The notes below the pieces were generated by a model. That model saw only the letters and a list, made by a program, of their open reading frames with translations. It ran no database searches and was not told the DNA's origin. This document shows positions 12,201 to 33,500 of a stretch of DNA of 64,000 nucleotides, piece after piece; the stretch's first letter is position 1; each line of letters starts with the position of its first letter. The stretch comes from Yuukianura sp. NJ FZ-2021 (taxonomy: Eukaryota): contig CM102286.1 in assembly GCA_046563655.1 (NCBI GenBank), positions 2,294,001 to 2,358,000 on the forward strand, written 5' to 3'. The position numbers and the translations under genes were made by a program.

Positions 12201-13173
12201 ACAGACAGACTGACGGAGAGCCTTTAAATCAATAAAACAGTTTACATGTCTATTATTTTAAACTTCCAAATTCTCTTGCAAGTTTGTTTACAAACAAATT
12301 TTGTGCAACTTAGGTTAAACCAAAAATCTGTTTAATGATTCTTCCGCGATACGGTTCAATTATTTTACACAATTTGAATTAATGAAACTTTTCTTTTGAA
12401 AACAGCCCACAGATAATTGAGCTCAGTGATGAAGTTTGTGTACCACTGGCTCCCCCTGGATTTGGAGATGGCACGGCAATAGATACTGGCTTGTCGACGG
12501 AACAAGCGCAAAGAACTTCAAAGTTCTCAGAACAGAACATAGATCAAATCACTTGGACGATGGACATTGGATCAATCTTTGCTGCTAGAAAGCCAGAGGA
12601 TAAACCTCGTGTCATGACGAAGTCTATTTTTTCAACTCTTGATTCTCCGCCAGTCAAAGTGCGGAAAGTGGCTACAGTTACGGCGATGCCACGTGAAGAT
12701 TTGGTCGAACACGCTGAAGCAAACACGGATATTCGGAAGTGTCCGTTTTTAGAGTCTTGTAGAACTTTGAGGAAAGCTGGAACTGGACCGGCAATGAAAA
12801 TTGCGAAGGTGGGTGTAGGAGATCCACCAATGAAGCCACCCCCAAGCGGAGACAGTTCCAAGGCATTTAGGATTCTGGGTGGAACTCAAGGCATCGGTTT
12901 GATACGCAAAGTAAGTGTAATTGAAACGGGTTTAAATCGAGAGTTTTTGAAAAATTGCTAACGTTTTTATGTTATTTTTTATAGCGTGATTTGGGTGGAT
13001 CGCTTGTACTGCCAGGAATCGATGGACGACTGCCAACATTTTATGAGTTGACGCAGCAGGACTACGAAATGATGGTTCCGCTTCTAGAAACGTCGCTGTT
13101 GCAAGGATCCGAGTTACTGAATGCTCTTGATTCAGTAAATGATACTGGCAGTGGATTTATCCCCAGCATGTAG
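6262..13173 (+). CDS. sima: Hypoxia-inducible factor alpha (bHLH-PAS, sima/HIF-1alpha homologue), 11 coding exons
   Basis: Hand-spliced exons: 6262-6296, 7848-8047, 8144-8292, 8405-8593, 8957-9236, 9305-9452, 9636-9856, 9938-10544, 10623-10715, 12406-12910, 12985-13173; phases are consistent. bHLH EKRRERSKVAARCRRGKESEIFSDLA..LPLP..LDKAS. PAS-A GQSIFEFTHPCDHDD, FFRMKCT. PAS-B FVTRHSMDMK, YSKGQ..YRFLAKTGGWVW. NODD EPEDLTHLAPTAG. CODD-like FRAPYIP. CTAD LTQQDYE..LLQGSELLNALD. Confidence 0.93.
8619..8848. mobile_element. MITE in HIF-alpha intron 4 (hAT-like CAGGG ends)
   Basis: 17-bp TIRs CAGGGATGTCAAAAATA / TATTTTCGACATCCCTG with one mismatch and an AT-rich interior. The TSD is decayed (tgaataac vs ctcataat). 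Confidence 0.7.
11090..11464 (-). mobile_element. Diverged copy of the hAT MITE family at 16038-16435, in opposite orientation
   Basis: Starts CAGTGTTGGTGGACGCTTAAACGTCCAGTGGCTTA, the reverse complement of the 16435 end. Internal blocks are shared (tttcttccactggatatcc, gcaaagctc.gcccctt). The far TIR is decayed. Confidence 0.7.
11480..12050. repeat. Tandem repeat, ~107-bp unit, about 5 copies
   Basis: The unit aacaccatcacaccttctaactttctagctttt...aaaattccaaaatattgttttttttca recurs at ~11521, 11628, 11732, 11840 and 11948. Confidence 0.9.
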
Positions 13174-13392
13174 AGAGAACTCTATCCTGGAAGTGGACAG
13201 TGTGAGACGTGGACGGACAAGCGTAGTGAAAAGAGTGTGGATAGGGCCTTCGGTGTTCATTTTTTTTAGTTTAAAGTAACCTTATGCGAAAATTAGAACC
13301 AATTGAAAAATTTTAGTTGGTTGCATGTTATTCTTAAAAAACAACTTATAATTTAGTTTAGTTTAGTTAACTTATAGTTTAAGTTGAGTTAT

Positions 13393-13711
13393 TAGGGAGT
13401 TTGCGTTATAAAGAGATTATAGAAATTATGAAAATTATAGAATTTAGGAAATCCCACCTCTTTCAGCCCACTGTCGTACGTGTTCTAAAACGGCTTGTGT
13501 GATTAGTCGATTTCAAATTTGTGACGTCACTTTACAAAATTTTCGCATTATCGAAATTATAGACCATGCTTATAAACTTTATTAATCATAAAAATTTGAA
13601 AAGTTACGTCATAAATTCTATAATTTCTATAATTCGCCCGCAATAAATTCTATAATTCCTATAATTCGCCCGCTATAAATTGTACAATCTTTTTATAACG
13701 CAAAGTCCCTA
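13393..13711. mobile_element. MITE (hAT-like TAGGG ends) between the convergent 3' ends of HIF-alpha and seipin
   Basis: 26-bp TIRs TAGGGAGTTTGCGTTATAAAGAGATT / AATCTTTTTATAACGCAAAGTCCCTA with two mismatches. Subterminal ttatagaa/ttctataa repeats. Partial flanking duplication ttgagt. Confidence 0.8.
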
Positions 13712-13970
13712 TTGAGTGGAGGTTGAGAGCATTACGAATGATAATATTTCGATCACGTTATTCAACCAATCGTAAACTGTTCAGACATCCTCTGTATTTG
13801 TCACTTGTAACAACCTTAATCGGTTTTTAATTAAACTTCACATTTATATTCTGGGTTTACATTTATATTGTGTGATTATATGCGTAAATCATGTGACCGA
13901 AGACTTAATTGAATTGACTAAGAGGTAAACAATCGTTACAGACGGACTAGAAATGAGAATTGTTAGCAGA

Positions 13971-15524
13971 TCACTTGGAATTCTTGCGTCTTCTAACATC
14001 CCCTTGACCTTTGTCCTGGTCGTCTTCAATGTGCTCAATCATATGTCTTTCCCGCTCTTCACCACTTCCTTCTTCCACGACTTCAAATTCACTAGAAGTT
14101 TTCCGATCAGAGATATCTTCACTGCTTGTGCTGCTGCTACTGCCGCTTATCTTGCCTTCTGGCAGTTTTGGTACGACTTGGTCACCATACTCGTCTTCAT
14201 CATCGTCTACAAGTTTTGGTGGTTCGTCATCCGGTTCGATCGACTCGGAGTCAGCATCTCCTTGTCCCTTTTCGAAGTAAGGGACATCCAAATCTTCCTT
14301 GTCGACTAATAGCGATGGCTTCCGTACTCGGACTGGTTCGGTCTCTGCAGCAGCCGTTTCTAGACAAAGAATTTCAGAATGAATCGTCTGGAACCATTAA
14401 TTATAATGGTTGTGTTCATAATCTTAATCTTACGACTCGCGCTCAGGAGGCGCTCCTTAGCCTTGGCATGACGGACGTCGAGGGTTCTGGACAGCGCCGT
14501 GTCATACCCGACATGGACACTGGGCTGACTAGGTTTGAAGAATTTGAACCAAGAGAGAAAAGCGATGATGCTGAGAAAGAACAGATTTGTGCAAGTTCCC
14601 ATTACGGCGGAAGTGAGTGGCCAGTGGAACATGAGGTATCGGAGACCAGTAAAATGGGCATGGATCTTGAGCGAAGCTTGGTAAACTTCGATGTTGTAGC
14701 TTTGGATTTCAATGAAGGCCTCGGTTACTGGATTGTTCTAAAAAAAATACGACATAGTTAGCGATTGATTACTTCTTAAGTGAGATAAACACAGAAGAAT
14801 TCATACCCGATCTTCCTGGAAGTTGGAGAACAATTCAATTGATAGAGTTTGTTTCTCTTCATAAGATCCAGCAAGGACGAGTGGGTAAAAGAAGATGGTG
14901 GAAAGCAAATGAAGGAAACTGGACTTGTATTGAATCAATGATGAGCGACATGACTGCTCCACCGATTCTCCATCTTTGCTCCGGAGACGAGCACAGGTCA
15001 TGAACATGCCTTGGTTCCTGTTGGCAGGAGATTCGGGCAGTTCCAGCTCCAGAAGTATCTTGTAAGGCTGACCAACCATCAGGAACTGCTCTCGCTTTGT
15101 TAGCGTTACATTTGCTGATGGAAAGTCGCACATGGCTCGGGAAGTTCGGTCGCACGATCTCCTGTTAAAGCACAAGTTAAAATTAAAAAAGTTAAAGTTA
15201 ATCTGTCGTCCTCATCACTAAAATTAAAGTCTTACGTAAACTGAAGATGAACTGGACGTGTATGTGATACAGGGGGAATGTAGGAGTAGTAAAAACTGGC
15301 GTACAGGAAAATGGACATCCATAGCAGTGCTGTCACTGTCAACAGTACGAGGATGGCCTTGTAAATCGTTTCCTGCAAAATGGCGAAAAAATACAACGTA
15401 AGAACCACGTAAGAACCAAAATTTAAATTACTACAGTTTAAAAGCCGTAAATATTAATTATGCTAACCTGTGTCCCGCTCAAGGTGTTAATTATGTTGTC
15501 TCTCAATTTCGTTAGCCCGAACAT
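13971..15524 (-). CDS. Seipin: Seipin (BSCL2 homologue), lipid-droplet biogenesis ER protein, 5 coding exons
   Basis: Minus-strand exons 15524-15468, 15372-15236, 15161-14807, 14737-14434, 14359-13971. TM1 [22 protein letters not shown]. Lumenal domain [35 protein letters not shown]2 [23 protein letters not shown]. Acidic C-terminal tail. Confidence 0.95.
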
Positions 15525-17127
15525 TGTTCCGTTGACTTTGACTACTATTATGTTTCAGAAGAAAGGTAAAATTAGAAATGTTTAACTAATTACTAATTGT
15601 ATGGTTTCTTCTACCTATTAGAGAAATTGGACTTCGATCAGCTGATCGTTGGACTCTGATGCTGTTATCTTATCAGTTAGTGATGAGTGGCTCTAACACA
15701 GTGGGCATCAGCTGATACGGCAGTATTTAGTCGTGCGGGGGTCAGGGGCAACGGCAAAGAGCAAGATGACCTTTGTCCATCGATTAATTAATCATTGCAA
15801 CTGTCTCTTCCTTAGCCCCTCTGGACACTGCGTTTGCAGTAATTAATTAACTTCCGATCCTGACTTTAAGTGGAGAATGAAGGTGTGAAGAATGTCAAAG
15901 TGTTACCAAACACCAAAGTGTTTAGGCCATGGGGGGCTTAAACGGGGGTGCTGAGGGGCGGGGCTAAATATGCAAATTAAGGCTCTACACAGCACATCGG
16001 GCATAGACTTTCCCTTTTTTCGCGTGTCTATTCAGAGCAGTGTTGGTGGATATCCACTTTTTCGACATTTCATCCACGGCTGGATATCCAGTGGAAGAAA
16101 TGGACGAAATGGATGAATCCAAAGGGGCGGAGCTTTGCCATCTGCATTTGAATTAATTGACTACAAAAAACTAAAAAACATGAAAACATAGTACAAAAAC
16201 TATGTAAATATCGTTTTTAAATATGTTTTAAATAATATATTAACTACAATGACGAAAGTAAAGCTTTCTGATATCATTTCGTAAATTTAAATTTGAATTG
16301 ATTTGAATTTCGCGCAAAATTTGTGATTTCTTCCATCCACTTTTAGTTTCGTCCATTTGGGGCGCGTTTCTTCCAGTGGATATCCACTGGAAGTGGCAAT
16401 TAAGCCACTGGACGTTTAAGCGTCCACCAACACTGATTCAGAGTTTTCATTCTCCCATTGTGCTATAGTATGCCTGTCTCTGCATGGATTTCCTTTGCCT
16501 CTCTCCTCCAACATCAGTTTTTGCCTGCACTCCCTCCCTTTAGTCCATTCATTTCACTGTGTAACTCGCATTTTCAAAAGTTATTTATTCAGTTTATAAA
16601 TAAACATCATCAACAACGGTGGAGTGTCAATAAGAGATGAGGATCACACTAATCCGACTGGAAATCACAGTGGAATAAAACCTACATGTAAGTCCATGAA
16701 ACAGACGACCCGACACACGGCGAAAGTGAAAAGGAAAGGTATGAACGGGATAAACCAGTTATCGATTACCTCTACACACTAAACAATCAAGTTACGTACG
16801 ACACACCTTCACCAACAAGCAACGGTGTTGACATTCTTACCTCTATTGTGCAAAAACGGTTTCCTGGAGGTGACGGGATCAATACATTGGCGAAAACGGA
16901 GTGTTGAAGATCGATTAAAAGGTTAGTCTAGTCATGTCGATCACATGAATCAAGAGCTGAAATCTACGTTGGTACATGGTGATTAACAGTTTCCTTTGTG
17001 TTAATTACAGGTACAGACGAGACAGTGGTTCGTTTCAAGTCATCGGTCGATAAGAAGAATTCGGGCGAGTATGAAGCTGTAGCGGAGTTATTGCACGACA
17101 ACACAAGTTGATCATTCGGTAACCACC
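15525..17127. promoter_or_regulatory. Divergent (head-to-head) seipin / MRCK intergenic region including MRCK 5' UTR
   Basis: The start codons of the two genes point away from each other across ~1.6 kb. A probable non-coding MRCK exon ends at the gttag donor near 16921, with acceptor ttacag at 17010. No TSS can be located from sequence alone. Confidence 0.45.
16038..16435. mobile_element. hAT-family MITE with perfect 8-bp TSD
   Basis: 13-bp TIRs CAGTGTTGGTGGA / TCCACCAACACTG. Exact TSD ATTCAGAG at 16030-16037 and 16436-16443. Subterminal tggatatcca palindromes. Confidence 0.92.
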
Positions 17128-28661
<11,534 letters not shown>

Positions 28662-30527
28662 TGTGGCGACAGCCAGACTGAAATTGTGAAATGATAACGC
28701 AAAGGCTGGAAAAAACCGGAATTCCAAAGCGGCTTTTTGTTTTGCGACGAAAGTGCACAAGAGTTGTGAGTTGTAGACGAAAGTAGAAGTGAAGTATTTA
28801 GAAGATTCTTCAAACGCAAGGTGAGAAGACACGTTTTAGCAATGTTTTTAAACGTGGTGATGCGATAGGCTACGACGTTGTTGTTTGATTTTTGGCCATA
28901 AACGGAGACAATACTATGCTCTGTATCTGCTCTTCCATTTGCAAAAACTTTGAAATACTCTGGATTTCTGTCTGGAAAAGTAGAAATCTAAAGTACCATG
29001 ACCTAATTTACTTACCTTATGCCTTACATTATGCTAAAATGTACACAATGAGCATTTAGGAGTCTTCTTCAGTTGACGTATTTGAAAAATGGCGGGCATT
29101 AGCAGTGTACATGGCGTAAGATTTAACACGGACAACGACGTAGCCGGTCTTTTAGGTAGAAAATGTTAGTCGTTCAAAGATCGTTTGTATACACCAGCCC
29201 AGGAGACACAGAATCACAAAAACGTAACTCGGGTATTTCCTAACTTTGTCAGAATTAATTATTATATTAATTAAATATTAGCATTATTTAATTAGTTTTG
29301 TTGAAATTCAATAGGATTTGTAAAAATCAAAGAATCTTTTTGTCTCCTATCGAATGTTTAAGGGGACTTTCGAACTGTACTTACGAGGTTACTTTTTGTT
29401 TCGAACAATTTATGAATTGAGAGTTAAACTTTTTTGACAAAACAATTAATTATGTATTTCAAGTCCTCTTTTTTAGCTTTACTTTGTGATATGTGATTTT
29501 TTTCTTAATTTGTATTGACGAAGATGCTGAGTTGATTGTGTTTTTGACTAAATGGGACGACAGAATGACCCAAGCAACACAAGTTCACAGGTCAAGTATT
29601 ACATATAGCCAGTTTGTATTATTGAAGAAATACCATTTGGATACTAATAGAGTTAATTTAATAAGATTTGAAAACTAGACTAAACTTTTCGTAGAATGTT
29701 CTTTAGGCAGTAATTAATTAAGTTTCTCTTGACGTTTCGTGTTATTATAGTTTTTTTTTTAATTTTCCTCACCGGAAAAGTTCTTGAAATAACACACGCT
29801 TACCTAATATCACAAATTACGTGAAGGAAATTGAAATAAAATAATAAATTGTTCGTAGAGATGTGAATCATTGGCGTAGTATTCAGTAATCAACATTTTT
29901 ACATCTTTTTTCTTAGCATGGGTAACAAGTCAATGAAACTTAACAAAAATACTTACTAACCAACCTTATTCTTTTTTTTTGTAGGTGTTAGCAGACCCGA
30001 GATTTGAAACTACATTCCAGAAAAGCAATTTTTCAAGGCTCGGCTATGAGCATCGACGGATACTGGATTTGAAAATGCGTTAATCACTCACTCATCTCCA
30101 AATCGTATTACTTGTTGGTTGCTGGTTGTAAACAATACTGTATTTACGTTTTTTTGTTTGGACATGTGTTTTCAGTTCTATCCAGTTCATTTTGTTCATG
30201 TGTGTGTAGTTTATTTTTTACGTTTTGCTCTTAACGATTTATTAGCGTATCTGCGACTCCGCCTATTTACACTTTTGTTGACAGGGATCGGCGGGGTTAC
30301 AAGTTTCGTGGAATGGGCTGCACGGATGTGATACGAGACGAGGAGGGGAGGGCTGAAGATATAGCAATAGTAGAGGAGAAAATCAAGGCGGCTTGCTAAT
30401 CAAGCTTTCAGTCAGATGTGAAGTAAAGCAGTTTGCGTCTGAGGTTGTATTGGCTAATTAATCAATCGTTTTAGGAAAGGGCTGCATTAACCGACGTGCT
30501 GGAACTCCAGCGATTGGGGAATGCGAA

Positions 30528-33500
30528 ATGGTATGCTTATTAGGATTTGTACTTCAAAAGGTATATTCGACCTTGTTGAAGAAGAAGCCGCTTTCTGCTT
30601 GTACGGGCGGAAAACGTTACACCTACGCTTTAACTACATAGTGAATTTATTTGTATGTTACAGCAAGAAAACGATCCGCCATATTTGACTGTTGGGACGG
30701 AAGTGAGTGCGAAGTACAAAGGGGCCTTCTGTGAAGCCAAGATCCGAAAAGTTGTGAGAGTCGTCAAATGCAAGGTAAATATGATTAACAATGATTTTAA
30801 ATGACGTTTTTCTATCAGTGACTAGTAAGTGAATACGAATATGATGAATCAGATGTTGGTAATAAGTGATTTGATCTTTCAGGTAACATTCAAGTCCGGA
30901 CTGGGCAGTGTTCTCTTGTCAGATGACCAAATCAAAGGAAGTCTTCGGGTAAAGTCATGCAAAGTGTCATGCTCATCCTGATTCTACTATGTACTATGAT
31001 AACTTTATAGGGCATTATTAACTAAAAAGATGTTCTATACAGGTAGGTGCAAACGTTGAAGCGAGACACCCCGACAAGAATGCATACATCGAAGCAGTAA
31101 TCAACAAAATACAAGACTGCAGTCAATACACAGTTGTTTTTGACGATGGAGATATAACAACTCTTCGTCGTTCTGCTTTATGTCTCAAAAGTGGACGACA
31201 TTTTAATGAGAGCGATACCTTGGATCATTTGCCACTGACACATCCAGAACATTTTAGTAATCCTGTTGTAGGAGGCAGGCGGAATGTTCGGAGGAGACGA
31301 GATGCATTGTGAGTCTTCTTTTTATTAACCTGATTCAACCATAAAACTGGTTCTTAAATTTGATTTCGGTTGCAGGTCGGATGATATTGGGGAAGGAGAT
31401 GACAGCGGAGATGATGAGTCGTTACCGTCAAGCACCAAAGGAATGTCGCAGTTCAATCAGGACGATGGAGACGTCGATATTGGAAAAGTAGTTTGTGTGG
31501 AAATCACGGACAAGAAGAAGGGAAAAGATAGCTGGTTCCCTGCTGTCATCGTCAGTCCTTCGGCTCAGGAGACTGTCAAGATTCGGACCAAAGATGAGTA
31601 CCTTGTCAGGTCTTTCCGAGATGGACGGTAGTAAGTGTATCTTGTTGACCTTAAGTTTCTTCGATGCATAATGTGACAATACTAATATCATCAACTTTTT
31701 AGTTATACAGTTCCGAAGAAGGAAATTACAAGTTTTTCGAAAGACAGCCACGGCCTAAAGAACGATGCGAATTCAAACATTCTCAAAACCGGTAAGGTTA
31801 TGGTTTAAACAGCACAAGAACAAAAAGTGAAACATTTTGTATATTGCTTCGTACTCCTTGTAGCTATTGAGAAGGCGATTCAATTCATTGACAAGAATGA
31901 GCTGCCAGCACATTGGGATAAGGACATCCTGTTTTCTGCTGTGGACGATCCGACTGAAGAAATTGAAGATCCCGGTGAGGGTTCCGACTCAGAGGTAAGC
32001 TTTCCTCTTTTTATTAAGAAACCCAATGAATTCTTAACTAAACTTCATGCATTTCGGACTTGTAGGATTCGGAGGAAGATTCTCAGGCGGAGGAGAAGGA
32101 CTTATTTGTGGCTAAATTGTACAAGTACATGGAGGACAGGGGAACACCAATCAACAAAGTACCTATAGTGTGTAACCGAGACCTGGATTTACACAAACTA
32201 TACAAAGTGGTAGTTGGACGTGGCGGCTACAACAAAGTGACTAATTCCAGTCAGTGGAAGTCCGTTACGGTTAAGATGGGATTCGGATCCATGCCAAGCA
32301 CGTCCACGATCAATCTCGTCAAGCAAGGATACAAAAAGTATGTAAAATATAATTCCTAAGTCTTTCATGACCAAGGATGTCGAAATTATTGCATTTCCTT
32401 CCATTATTTCCAGGTTTATCCACAACTTTGAAGAGTTTACGCGAAAATTGGGCTGTAATTTTCCTGCTGGAGGTTCTTCTACATCTGCACGAGCTAATCG
32501 AATTATGTTCAGAGATCGGCATACTTCTAGTTCGTCAAAGGAGTTGAAGAAAGCAGAGGAAGCCAAGGCTGCCCAAAAAGAAGCCATCAAAGAGCCTACT
32601 CCACCAGTGGAAGTTGTGGCTCCAACAATCGAGTCAACGCCTACGGTTGCCCCACCGACTCCGACCCCACCACAACCTTCTGTATCAGCAGCAACTGAAG
32701 ACATAGAAGCCAAGAAGGTCGATGATGCCGAAGAGATTCCACGGAGAGCTCGCAGTCGCCAAGAAAATCGACAGAAAACGAAGGAAGAAGATATGGAAGA
32801 GAAGGAAAAGGGAGAACAGACTCCGAGTCCTGTGAAAAAACGAAGACGAATGGCGAACAAGGACAAGGAAGAGAAATCGTTGCCAGTGGTCACTACACCA
32901 GTCGTGCGAGCAGTATCGGAACCAGCATCATCAACATCTTCAATATCTACGCCTATAATGGCTCCTGCTTCTCCCACGAAACGAAGTATTGGAAGAGGGA
33001 AGTACAAGAGGAAAGACGAGAAAAAGGAAATGCTGGAGCCAGTTATTCCACCCGAAGAGTATCCCACTGGCAGAGAATTTGTTGGGAAGGAGATTCAGAT
33101 ACAAATAGGCGATAAGCTCAGCGTTTACTATGGGAAGGAATCGGAGGGAAAGAAATACGAAGCTAAGGTAAGTAACTCAAAACTTGAATTTCAAAAATTT
33201 CATTCAGTACTTTTCAAAAATTACACTTCATCAGTTACTAACTTTCTGAAATTTGATAGGTTGTTGACCGAAACGAAAATCAAGAGCTGTTCTTTGTGCA
33301 TTATGCTGGCTGGAATACGCGTTATGATGAGTGGATCCCGCGCTATCGAATCGCTGAAAATTTAAGTTTAAGGACTGAACAAGTAACTTCAGTTCCACAA
33401 GGTTGGTACTTGCAAAGCTAATTTTTGTGAATTTGAATTGTAATTTCTAATCTGAATACTAATGTTACCTTAATTGCGACGGTTTTATTGGATTCATTCG

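Larger units (their letters stand above)
10747..12362. mobile_element. Non-autonomous TIR element in HIF-alpha intron 9, containing a hAT-MITE-related segment and an internal tandem array
   Basis: ~35-bp TIRs taattgaaccgcatcgcggaaaaatcattaaacag (10747) and ctgtttaatgattcttccgcgatacggttcaatta (ending 12362). Removing the element leaves an intron resembling the neighbouring paralogous intron 10545-10622. Confidence 0.75.

Noticed and set aside
13953..14761. Plus-strand ORFs of 118 and 211 aa
   Set aside because: They are antisense to seipin exons, which explain the coding signal.
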